32,000 nt of DNA from an uncultured Alphaproteobacteria bacterium (GCA_934246625.1 CAKQHZ010000002.1:180001-212000), one strand, 5' to 3'. Shown: positions 21,213-28,948, numbered from the stretch's first letter. The notes: generated by a model not told the origin, from the letters alone. Numbers and translations are program-made.

Positions 21213-21629
21213 ATGGGAAAAATTTTTGTGTTTTTGCACAAAATAAAGGGGAAAAAGAACATGAACAAGAAGTTATCAATATTGGTATCTACATTTTTAT
21301 GTGTAGCGTTATCATCTAATGTAAAATCAGAAACATTAATAGAGTCATTACAAAGGTATTGTGTGCCAACTGCTGAAGTTTGCGGAACTGTGGCAAGGGC
21401 AACATACAACACATCGGAAAGTGCTTGCGAGTGTTCGGCTTGCGGAATGTATTATGATAAAACTTCCAGAAGTTGTCAGACTTGTCCAGAGGGAACTTAT
21501 GTGAACAACAGATACTCCACAGAGTGCATAAGGCCAGATTGTGGCATAGGCAATTATGGAGTTGTTGAAACTGGCAAAACCGATTGTGGAATAGGATTTT
21601 ACAAAGTAGCTTTATCCAGTTGTAAATAG
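21213..21629 (+). CDS. secreted cysteine-rich protein (CxxCPxGTY / DCGIGxY modules), unknown family
   Basis: The signal peptide (MNKKLSILVSTFLCVALSS) is preceded by a short MGK... extension. The alternative start ATG 21261 has SD AAAGGGG. The roughly 100-aa mature part has 11 Cys, with SCQTCPEGTYV and a duplicated DCGIG(N/F)Y. GC content is visibly higher than in neighbouring genes. Confidence 0.7.
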   Translation: MGKIFVFLHKIKGKKNMNKKLSILVSTFLCVALSSNVKSETLIESLQRYCVPTAEVCGTVARATYNTSESACECSACGMYYDKTSRSCQTCPEGTYVNNRYSTECIRPDCGIGNYGVVETGKTDCGIGFYKVALSSCK

Positions 21630-21636
21630 GAGATAT

Positions 21637-21677
21637 GGGAGGAGGTATTTTCTTATGGTTTTTGCTTCCTCCCTCCC
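21637..21677 (+). other. GC-rich hairpin sequestering an SD-like GGAGGAGG
   Basis: GGGAGGAGG (21637-21645) pairs with CCTCC(C)TCCC (21668-21677) across a 22-nt loop that contains ATG 21655. No U-tract follows on either strand, so it is not a canonical terminator. Confidence 0.5.
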
Positions 21678-21711
21678 AAAAGATAAGATGAGGTGTTTAA
21701 TGAGAAAAAGA

Positions 21712-21776
21712 GTCAGCACAAAAGTACGAAGTGCAACGGTAGCCCTAAAGGGACGGAGGGCAGTTGCTTTGCTGAC
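21712..21776 (+). ncRNA. candidate structured RNA element: three coaxial helices (7+5+5 bp)
   Basis: GTCAGCA (21712-21718) pairs with TGCTGAC (21770-21776). GCAAC (21733-21737) pairs with GTTGC (21763-21767). GCCCT (21742-21746) pairs with AGGGC (21757-21761). The internal loops are asymmetric, and the element is about 50% GC in an AT-rich background. Confidence 0.3.
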
Positions 21777-21849
21777 ATACTAAACCCTTAAAGAAAAATA
21801 AGAAAAATGGAGAAATAATGGAAAAGTTTTTAAAACTAGAACCTTATAA

Positions 21850-21910
21850 GAGCACACCCCGCAAGGGGGGGTAAGGGGTGTGCTCGGTAAAATTGATGTA
21901 TCAATTTTAC
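21850..21910 (+). other. twin perfect hairpins (11-bp GC-rich followed by 10-bp AT-rich)
   Basis: GAGCACACCCC (21850-21860) pairs with GGGGTGTGCTC (21875-21885); an inner alternative is CCCC-GCAA-GGGG. One nucleotide later, GTAAAATTGA (21887-21896) pairs with TCAATTTTAC (21901-21910) across a TGTA loop. No U-tract follows. Confidence 0.5.
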
Positions 21911-21964
21911 ATACATTAAAATTAAAAACTAATATTAACAAACTAAACTGAAAGGTAAAATAAA

Positions 21965-22684
21965 ATGGGAAAAATGAAAAATATGAACTTATTGTTGGTA
22001 ATGACAACTTTGCCAATGACTGCAAAAGCCGATCTTTTTAAATGTATGGCTTGTACTAATAAACCTGCTAACGCTCACTATACATCCGGCGGAACCAATA
22101 CCTCCAATTGCTCTTGGTCTTGCGATAGCGGATATACTAAAAATGATAATTTATGCTGTGCAAATAAACCTGATAATTCTTATTATTACTCCAATAATTG
22201 TGGTTGGAATTGTAATAGCGGGTATGCATCTTGTAATAGTCGTTGTATTAAAGATGAAAGAATTGCGAATTCATCATACAATTCAAGTTGTGAGCTAGAA
22301 TGTAATAAAGGATATAAACCTGTTTATACAACAACTGGTGGAGGTTGTTCATTTACTGTGAAGACTTTATCTGAGTGTAAAGTTGATCCTTGGGTTCACT
22401 GTGCGACAACAGCTAATGCTATATATATTCAATTTACTCATACTACTGAATATGGTGAATCATGTGCTAGCTCACAAAGAAAATATTATTCTGCGGGAAC
22501 TTCATTTAATCCTGTTTTTAGAAGTTGGGAAAAAGGTAGGTGTGCTTATGTGATGTTTAGAATATATAAAACATCAGATCAAACACTTTTAAAAACAGTA
22601 TCAGTCAGCGTTTTCAAGACACAATTTGATTATGACCAAAGATATATTTATTGTGATGGAAAACTTCAAAAATATACTGAATAA
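21965..22684 (+). CDS. secreted cysteine-rich repeat protein (3x C-x-[WL]-x-C-[DN]-x-G-Y modules), unknown family
   Basis: Short signal peptide (MKNMNLLLVMTTLPMTAKA) and 18 Cys. Three tandem modules between 22052 and 22315 read CTNKPANAHYTSGGTNTSNCSWSCDSGY, CANKPDNSYYYSNNCGWNCNSGY and CIKDERIANSSYNSSCELECNKGY. The first codons (ATGGGAAAAAT...AAYATGAAC...TTGGTA) are shared with the upstream Cys-rich gene. Confidence 0.72.
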   Translation: MGKMKNMNLLLVMTTLPMTAKADLFKCMACTNKPANAHYTSGGTNTSNCSWSCDSGYTKNDNLCCANKPDNSYYYSNNCGWNCNSGYASCNSRCIKDERIANSSYNSSCELECNKGYKPVYTTTGGGCSFTVKTLSECKVDPWVHCATTANAIYIQFTHTTEYGESCASSQRKYYSAGTSFNPVFRSWEKGRCAYVMFRIYKTSDQTLLKTVSVSVFKTQFDYDQRYIYCDGKLQKYTE

Positions 22685-22689
22685 AAAAG

Positions 22690-22714
22690 AAAAGGGGTTT
22701 TGCCCCTTTTTTTT
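22690..22714. terminator. bidirectional intrinsic terminator between convergent genes
   Basis: AAAAGGGG (22690-22697), loop TTTTG, CCCCTTTT (22703-22710), with an A-run upstream and a T-run downstream. It sits between the stop of the Cys-rich gene (22684) and the stop of epmA (22713). Confidence 0.8.
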
Positions 22715-23771
22715 ATAGTGTTGGAATTTCGGTCCAAAGAATATCCTTTATATCATTTGCACCAGTTGAAAGCATTATTAAGCGGTCAATTCCCATTGCA
22801 ATGCCAGTGGCTGGGTCCATATTTTCTATGGCTTCGATAAAACTTTCATCAATAGGATATGTTATGCCGTATAATTCCTTTTTTGTTTGCATATCGTGTT
22901 CAAAGCGAGCACGTTGGATTTTTGCATCGGTTAGTTCGGTGAATGCATTTGCAAGTTCAACTCCACAAACATAAAGTTCGAATCGTTCAGCAATATTTTT
23001 ATTGGTATCCTTTGCCTTTGAAAGGGCAGCTTGATGAATTGGATATTCATAAAGGATTGTTGGTTTTTCACAGCCAAGATTTGGTTCAATATATTCGAAC
23101 ATAAGTTTTTCGTATATGTCGTCCCATGTATCAATTTGTGATACGTTGATGTTTAGTGATTTTGCCTTTTCTTCCAATAAATGTTTTGATGGGTTTTCTG
23201 GATTATCTATTGTTGCGAGTATATCAAAGTGGCAAAATTTTTCAAATGCTTCCTTTACAGTTAATTTTTCCATACCATTAAATGGAGAACATTTTTTACC
23301 ATTGTGTTCAAAAAATTCTTTGCCGATTGATGATAATGCGGATTTTAAAATTTTTTCGCAATCGTCCATAAGTTTTGTATAGTCGTAATGTAATCTATAC
23401 CATTCTAACATTGTGAATTCAGGATAGTGTGTAGGAGATACAATTTCGTTTCTGAAGGTATGAGTAAATTGATAGATATTTTCCATACCGAAACTTAGCA
23501 ATTTTTTCATTGCGAATTCAGGTGATGTATGAAGGTATAAAGTTTTTGGGTTTGTGCCAGTTATGTCCAAAAATTTTGTTTCAAATGCGGTAAGGTGGAC
23601 TTCCATTCCTGGGCAATATTGAAGGATAGGGGTGTCAACTTCGGTAAAAGATTCTGTTGAAAAAAATTTTTTGATTGCGTTTATGATTTTGTTTCGCATC
23701 AAAAGAAAAGGAAGTTTCCTTTTGAAAACTTCCCTTGCTTTGTATGTATGTAAATTATTATTTTGCATCAT
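22713..23771 (-). CDS. epmA: elongation factor P--(R)-beta-lysine ligase (EpmA/GenX/PoxA, LysRS paralog)
   Basis: About 350 aa class II aaRS catalytic core without an anticodon-binding domain. Motif 1 is FTEVDTPIL, motif 2 is FTHTFRNE...PEFTMLEWY and motif 3 is GIAMGIDRLIML. The start is placed at the MMQNNN Met pair (23771/23768). The longer track ORF (to 23906) is a low-complexity read-through antisense-free overlap with rplY. Confidence 0.85.
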   Translation of the reverse strand: MMQNNNLHTYKAREVFKRKLPFLLMRNKIINAIKKFFSTESFTEVDTPILQYCPGMEVHLTAFETKFLDITGTNPKTLYLHTSPEFAMKKLLSFGMENIYQFTHTFRNEIVSPTHYPEFTMLEWYRLHYDYTKLMDDCEKILKSALSSIGKEFFEHNGKKCSPFNGMEKLTVKEAFEKFCHFDILATIDNPENPSKHLLEEKAKSLNINVSQIDTWDDIYEKLMFEYIEPNLGCEKPTILYEYPIHQAALSKAKDTNKNIAERFELYVCGVELANAFTELTDAKIQRARFEHDMQTKKELYGITYPIDESFIEAIENMDPATGIAMGIDRLIMLSTGANDIKDILWTEIPTL

Positions 23772-24426
23772 TTGTTTCTTCAGCTTTCTTTGCAGCCTTT
23801 TCTTCTTGAGCAGAAGGAACTTCAGCTGATACAGGAGCTTCTGTTTCAACAACTTCTTCAACAGCAGAAGTAATTGTTGCGATTGTGAATGGTTCGTGTG
23901 ATGCAAATCTTAAACCATTTGGTAATTTAACAGATGTTGAGTGAATTGATTCAGCAACATCAAGGTTTTGAACATCAACTTCGATTGCGTCAACCATATC
24001 TGATGCTTTACAGATAACTTCAGCTGAACGGCTAACGATGTTAAGAACAGCACCTTTTTTAACACCAGCACAAATGTCTTCGTTGATAAATTTGAATGGG
24101 ATTTCAACAGTAATTTCTTTGTTCAAATCAATTCTTAAAAAGTCAACGTGAATAGGACAATCTTTTACTTTGTCGTATTGAATTGCTTGGCAAAGTGCAA
24201 GTTCTTTTTTAGCTTTACCTTCAATTTCAAGTTCAAATTGACGAGTTCTGAAACCCTTTGTTTGCATTTGTTTAAGTAAATCTTTTGGAGTAATAGAGAT
24301 AAGTTCAGGATCTTGTTTATTTCCATAAATAACAGCAGGAATTAAACCAGCTCTTCTTGTTGCACGTGCGGCCCCCTTACCACTTGTTTGTCTTGGTTTT
24401 ACATTTAAAACTACTTTATTTGTCAT
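23758..24426 (-). CDS. rplY: 50S ribosomal protein L25 (general stress protein Ctc form)
   Basis: The N-terminal KPRQTSGKGAARATRRAGLIPAVIYG signature, a two-domain length (222 aa) and an Ala/Glu-rich C-terminal tail. Confidence 0.93.
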   Translation of the reverse strand: MTNKVVLNVKPRQTSGKGAARATRRAGLIPAVIYGNKQDPELISITPKDLLKQMQTKGFRTRQFELEIEGKAKKELALCQAIQYDKVKDCPIHVDFLRIDLNKEITVEIPFKFINEDICAGVKKGAVLNIVSRSAEVICKASDMVDAIEVDVQNLDVAESIHSTSVKLPNGLRFASHEPFTIATITSAVEEVVETEAPVSAEVPSAQEEKAAKKAEETNDAK

Positions 24427-24559
24427 TTTTATATCCTTTTTTATTTTAAATTTTATTAACTAATTTGCCTCCAAGGGTGCAAATTATGTTGGGGAGTATA
24501 TCATATTTGTTTGTAAATGCAAGGATTTTCTTTGTTTTTTTATTTATATAAATTTATTG

Positions 24560-24588
24560 TTGACATTTATAATTATTTTGTCTATATT
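24560..24588 (+). promoter_or_regulatory. candidate sigma70 promoter TTGACA-17 nt-TATATT
   Basis: A perfect -35 (24560-24565), a 17-nt spacer and the -10 TATATT (24583-24588), about 40 nt upstream of ATG 24628 (SD GAGGTG). Confidence 0.5.
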
Positions 24589-24627
24589 TATCTTAATCGA
24601 TTCTTTTTAATATAAGCGAGGTGAAAA

Positions 24628-25338
24628 ATGGAAATTATAAATAGCTTTAATAAAAACTTTGAAAATGAATGTTCTTCAAAAAAGAAGAAACTTTTTTATG
24701 ATAAGGAGGCTTTTAAAAAAGCTCTTAGAAATAAAAAAATTATGGGAAATCTTCTTCTTGCTTCTGTTCTTGTTGGTTGGTTTTCTTACTCATTTACTTC
24801 AAATCGTATTGCCGAAAAAAGAAGAATTGCTGATTTTGCGATGATTCAAGGGGTGGCTCTTGATGAACCTCATATTTTTACAAGAACTTTTGAAAATGGT
24901 TCTTTTGTTGAGGCAAAATATACAAATGCTTTTGATTATGTGAATGGATATGGTGCTATTTTAGATTCTTATGTGCCTGTGGATATAAATGGTGATAATG
25001 AAAAAGATTTAGATTTACATATCGTTGTGAAAACACGTTATGATAAAATTTCTCCTAATCAAATGTTTGCTTTGACTAATATCAAAAGTGGGTCAAAGTT
25101 GGTTTTGGAAGGCAAAATTATAAAAGATGAATTTGGTCGTCCAGTAAATGTTGTTTATCCTAAAAATGGAACAGGAGTAAACAAAAGTGGGGCTGTCGTT
25201 GTTGATAAAGAACGTGGTCCCGATTATATAGATATGAAAAATTTGCTTTCTATTGATAATTGTAAAATGAAAAATACGTTGAATAAGAATAATCAAAAAA
25301 TATTTGATGAAAACTTTAAACGTGTTTATTCACGATAA
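24628..25338 (+). CDS. hypothetical membrane-anchored protein
   Basis: 236 aa. Lys-rich N-terminus, a single TM (LLLASVLVGWFSYSF) and a roughly 180-aa extracytoplasmic domain with no motif I recognise. It has its own promoter and terminator. Confidence 0.6.
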   Translation: MEIINSFNKNFENECSSKKKKLFYDKEAFKKALRNKKIMGNLLLASVLVGWFSYSFTSNRIAEKRRIADFAMIQGVALDEPHIFTRTFENGSFVEAKYTNAFDYVNGYGAILDSYVPVDINGDNEKDLDLHIVVKTRYDKISPNQMFALTNIKSGSKLVLEGKIIKDEFGRPVNVVYPKNGTGVNKSGAVVVDKERGPDYIDMKNLLSIDNCKMKNTLNKNNQKIFDENFKRVYSR

Positions 25339-25395
25339 AATATAAAAAATAATTAAGAAAGTGAACAATATATTTTGTTCTCGTTAATGAAAATT

Positions 25396-25420
25396 GGCTC
25401 CTGTGATGGAGCTTTTTTTT
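25396..25420 (+). terminator. intrinsic terminator
   Basis: GGCTCC (25396-25401), loop TGTGAT, GGAGC (25408-25412), followed by T8. Confidence 0.7.
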
Positions 25421-26345
25421 ATTCTTTTTTTAGTTCGATTACACGGATTATTCCGTTTAAATCCTTAAAGTAATTTATAAATTTAAAACCAAAGGCTTCG
25501 AATATTTTTTTTGCATCTGCTTCTTGACCCTTTCCAATTTCAAGAAATATTTTGCCGTTTGTTTCGACTATGTCCCAATAATAAAGTGCCTTTGATATGT
25601 TTCTGTATTCGTCCAAGCCATCGTTGCCTCCGTATAATGCAATGCGAGGTTCATATTTTTTTACATCTTTATCAAGGGTTTTCATTTCCTTTTTTGTTAT
25701 GTATGGTGGGTTTGAAATTATTATGTTGAACTTTTTATCCTTTATTTTTTTATGTGGTTGTTTGTTGCACCAATTATGTTTTATCATTGTTGCACGATTA
25801 TCCAAAGATAACTTTTTTGCATTTTCCTTTGCGGTTTTTAAAGTGTCGTCCTTTATATCAATACCAAAGCCAATGGCGTTTTCATATTCGGTTAGTAATG
25901 TTAACAATAAACAACCAGAACCAGTTCCCAAATCAATTATTTTATATGGAAGAGATTTGTCCTTAAATTCTTTTTTTACTGCATCAACCAAAGTTTCGCT
26001 GTCGGGACGTGGAATTAAAGTATGCTTTGAAACCTTGAATGGAATTGACCAAAATTCACGTTCCTTTGTTATTTGAGCAATAGGTTCATTTTTTGCACGG
26101 CGTTTTATAAGTTTTATATATTCCTTATATTGTTTTTGTGGGACTTCGATTTTTGGATTTGAAATAAAAAGATGGTGCTCTATGCCCAAAATGTATGAAA
26201 GAAGGACACGAGAATCTAAATCAAAAGTTTCAATATTGGCATTTTTTAAAATGTCTTTGCCTTCTGATAAAATATCACATACTGTATGTTTTTGTTCTTT
26301 GTTCATCATACATACAATTTTGCATAGTTTTATAAATTTTTCCAC
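25419..26345 (-). CDS. prmC: peptide chain release factor N5-glutamine methyltransferase
   Basis: SAM-binding DLGTGSGCL, catalytic IIISNPPYI, and REFWSIPFKVSKHTLIPRPDSE as in PrmC/HemK. GTG start with SD AGGAAG. Confidence 0.9.
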   Translation of the reverse strand: MEKFIKLCKIVCMMNKEQKHTVCDILSEGKDILKNANIETFDLDSRVLLSYILGIEHHLFISNPKIEVPQKQYKEYIKLIKRRAKNEPIAQITKEREFWSIPFKVSKHTLIPRPDSETLVDAVKKEFKDKSLPYKIIDLGTGSGCLLLTLLTEYENAIGFGIDIKDDTLKTAKENAKKLSLDNRATMIKHNWCNKQPHKKIKDKKFNIIISNPPYITKKEMKTLDKDVKKYEPRIALYGGNDGLDEYRNISKALYYWDIVETNGKIFLEIGKGQEADAKKIFEAFGFKFINYFKDLNGIIRVIELKKE

Positions 26346-26357
26346 AAGTATGACTTC

Positions 26358-27221
26358 CTATTTTATAAAATGATTTATTATTTTTTTAACCTTTGTTTCA
26401 GAATCTCCAAGAATATCAAATTTTGGAGCATATTCCACAAATTCCGCACATATCATTTTTGGGGTATTTAGCATTGGTAAAATTTCATTTATAAAATCAA
26501 ATCTTATGCCGTTTTTCTCTGGAACTTGGACGGCTGTAAAATCGGTTGTTGAAAGAACATCAAAATCAAATGAAATTATGTATTTTTTTCCATTTAATTT
26601 TTGTAGGACGGTTTTTACAGTGTCCTTTAGGTAATCAATGTTGTTGACCAAAGAGTTATCGGTTGTAAAAATGTTTTCAGATTTTACAAATTGAAGTTCA
26701 GATGGTTCGTATGAACGAGCACCAATGAAAAAAAGGTTTTCCTTTTTTAGTGGGATTTCGTTTGTGCCAAGTGATAAATATCTTTCATCACCATATCCAA
26801 GAAGATGGCGGACATTTGTCCCATGGGGTGAGCCTGAGGCTTCTTTTTTTGAAGATTCAGGGGTATGTATATCAAAGTGTGCATCAATATAAATAAGCCC
26901 TATGTCTTCGTTTGGGTAAAATTGTTTTACTGCTTTGAAGTGGGCAAAGTTTACGCTGTGATCTCCACCAACGAAAATGTGATTTTCAATTTCATCTTTT
27001 GATAAATTTGATATGTGGTTGTAAATGATTTTTTGAATTTCAAAATTTTCAGAAAATCTGTCAGCCTTTAATTTTTCAATATCAAATTCCCATGTTGGAG
27101 ACAACATTTCCCATTTGTGATTTTTATATATTGTTTGAATTTTAAGAGGAGCTTTTTCACATCCATCTATGATAGGATTTTTTTGTGCTCCTCTTCCATA
27201 ATTTACACCAATGAAAAGCAT
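26358..27221 (-). CDS. arginase-fold ureohydrolase family protein (arginase/agmatinase/formiminoglutamase-like)
   Basis: Metal-binding motifs GGDHSV, IYIDAHFDIH and SFDFDVL. Substrate specificity cannot be read from the sequence. Confidence 0.8.
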   Translation of the reverse strand: MLFIGVNYGRGAQKNPIIDGCEKAPLKIQTIYKNHKWEMLSPTWEFDIEKLKADRFSENFEIQKIIYNHISNLSKDEIENHIFVGGDHSVNFAHFKAVKQFYPNEDIGLIYIDAHFDIHTPESSKKEASGSPHGTNVRHLLGYGDERYLSLGTNEIPLKKENLFFIGARSYEPSELQFVKSENIFTTDNSLVNNIDYLKDTVKTVLQKLNGKKYIISFDFDVLSTTDFTAVQVPEKNGIRFDFINEILPMLNTPKMICAEFVEYAPKFDILGDSETKVKKIINHFIK

Positions 27222-27222
27222 C

Positions 27223-28161
27223 TTACTTTTCCGTTGAAATTAGGTATGTTGTTGCTTCCATAGCGGATTGTGCACCAGATGCGGCTGCAATTACAACTTG
27301 TTTAAAACGAGGGTTTTTAACATCACCTGCGGCAAAAACTCCATCAATATCAGTTGCACAAAGGTCTGGTTTTGTGATTATGTAGCCAGCGTTATCAAGT
27401 GGAACTTTTCCTTTGAAAATTTCAGTTTGAGGAACATTTCCAACAGCAATGAATAAACCGCTTGTTTCATAAGTTGTTCTTTCCTTTGTATCAACATTTT
27501 CAACAGTGATGCTTGAAAGTTTTCCCTCTGTTTCGGTTGCTTCTACAACAACGGAATTCCAAATTGTTGAAACGTTTGGAGTGTTGAAAAAATGTGTTTG
27601 ATTTATGTGTTCTGCAGTAAAGTGGTCGCGACGATGAATTACAGTTACCTTTTTGCAAATTGTTGAAAGATGTAATGCTTCGTATATTGCAGAATTTCCA
27701 CCACCAACGACAAATACTTCTTTATCCCTAAAGAAAAAACCATCGCAAGTTGCACAGTATGAAATGCCGTGGCCAGTTAATTTTTCTTCGTTTGGAAGTC
27801 CAAGTTTTCTGTAGGTTGAACCTGTTGCAATGATGACTGCATCAGCGGTGATTTCATTATCATTTTCGCATTTTATTGTAAAAGGACGTTTTGAAAAATC
27901 AACTTCAACAACTGTGTCAGCAAGAATTTCGGCACCAAAAATTTCGGCTTGTTTTCTCATTTGCTCGGTTATGTAAATACCATCAATTTTTTCTGTGAAA
28001 CCAGGATAGTTTTCAAGGGCAAATGTTTTTGTGATTTGACCACCAAATTCCATACCTGTGATTATAAGAGGGTGATTTCCATTTCGACCAGCATATATTC
28101 CAGCAGAATATCCAGCAGGACCAGAACCAATAATTACGACTTCTCTATGTTGTTGTTTCAT
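27223..28161 (-). CDS. trxB: thioredoxin-disulfide reductase
   Basis: FAD motif IIGSGPAGYSAG, redox-active CATCDG and NADPH motif VVGGGNSA. 312 aa. Confidence 0.93.
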   Translation of the reverse strand: MKQQHREVVIIGSGPAGYSAGIYAGRNGNHPLIITGMEFGGQITKTFALENYPGFTEKIDGIYITEQMRKQAEIFGAEILADTVVEVDFSKRPFTIKCENDNEITADAVIIATGSTYRKLGLPNEEKLTGHGISYCATCDGFFFRDKEVFVVGGGNSAIYEALHLSTICKKVTVIHRRDHFTAEHINQTHFFNTPNVSTIWNSVVVEATETEGKLSSITVENVDTKERTTYETSGLFIAVGNVPQTEIFKGKVPLDNAGYIITKPDLCATDIDGVFAAGDVKNPRFKQVVIAAASGAQSAMEATTYLISTEK

Positions 28162-28222
28162 TTATATCTCCTTTTTATGTATTTTTTGAGATTATAGATT
28201 AGTGGCATTTTTTTTTCAAGGG

Positions 28223-28948
28223 TTAATATCTTAGTTCAAGTTCTTTTACTATAGATTTTAATTTTTCTATGAAGTCCTTGTCGGTGAAAAATTGCATTAT
28301 CATTTGTTGTGATGGATTTGCTGGGTTGTCCTTTTCAACTGGGCGGTATCTTTGCACGGCATATTTTTTTACCCCAAGTTTTGTTATGGTTTCGGCAATT
28401 TCAAGTATGTCTGATTTTGTTAAAACTGTTGGGTCGGCGGTTGTGCGGACTTCTAAATCTTTGTTTTGTGATAAAAGGTATGTAAGACTTTCGAATGCTT
28501 GCTCTCCACTTCCTTTTACCTTTGTGATTTCATAATATTTTTCACATGGTGCTTTTATATCAAAGCCAATCCAGTCAATGTATGGAGAAAGTTTTTTAAG
28601 ATTTTCAGGAAAACAACCGTTTGTATGAAGACCGATTTTAAAATGTGGTGCGAATCTGTGAATATCTTCGATTGCGGTAATTATTTCATCTGCTTGGGCA
28701 GAGGCTTCTCCACCGCTGAAGACTACGGCGTCTAAAATTTTTGTTCTTTTTCTTAAAACATTTAAAATATATTCCCAGTTTTCCTTATCTTGTTCGGTTG
28801 GGCGGTGAAATTCAAAAAGGTGTGGATTGGAGCAGTAAATACATCTCCAGGGACAACCTTGTAAAAAAATAACTGATGAAATTTTTTTTGGATAATCGAT
28901 TGTTGTAAATGGGACGAATCCTCCGACTATGATATTTGAATTTGCCAT
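28223..28948 (-). CDS. nrdG: anaerobic ribonucleoside-triphosphate reductase activating protein (radical SAM)
   Basis: CPWRCIYCSNP (CxxxCxxC cluster) near the N-terminus, GGE motif (VVFSGGEA), and a position downstream of nrdD. Confidence 0.9.
   Translation of the reverse strand: MANSNIIVGGFVPFTTIDYPKKISSVIFLQGCPWRCIYCSNPHLFEFHRPTEQDKENWEYILNVLRKRTKILDAVVFSGGEASAQADEIITAIEDIHRFAPHFKIGLHTNGCFPENLKKLSPYIDWIGFDIKAPCEKYYEITKVKGSGEQAFESLTYLLSQNKDLEVRTTADPTVLTKSDILEIAETITKLGVKKYAVQRYRPVEKDNPANPSQQMIMQFFTDKDFIEKLKSIVKELELRY

Noticed and set aside
21637-21677. A GC-rich hairpin right after the stop of gene 21213-21629, considered as an intrinsic terminator.
   Set aside because: No U-tract follows it on either strand (the next bases are AAAAGATAAG). 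It is recorded as a structural feature, and a terminator role is left open.
21712-21776. Possible integron attC site / gene-cassette organisation for the small Cys-rich genes.
   Set aside because: The inner GCAAC/GTTGC pair does not fit the RYYYAAC/GTTRRRY core sites and is in the wrong (inner) position. There is no intI integrase and no attI in the window.
21850-21885. A GAGC...GCAA...GCTC hairpin superficially resembles group II intron domain V.
   Set aside because: The geometry is wrong: a 36-nt perfect 11-bp stem or a 10-nt bulge, instead of a 34-nt helix with a 2-nt bulge. There are no other intron domains, no reverse transcriptase/maturase ORF, and no exon-binding context.
21780-22025. 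An 81-aa minus-strand ORF spans the spacer and the start of the second Cys-rich gene.
   Set aside because: It has a low-complexity Phe/Ser/Leu composition, no SD, and lies antisense to a well-supported gene start and to the hairpins. It is a typical shadow ORF in AT-rich DNA.
23772-23906. A 45-aa N-terminal extension of the epmA track ORF (MHHTNHSQSQQLLLLLKKLLKQ...).
   Set aside because: It is low-complexity Leu/Lys/Gln sequence lying entirely within the rplY coding region on the same strand in another frame. Alignment logic with EpmA places the start at the MMQNNN Met pair.
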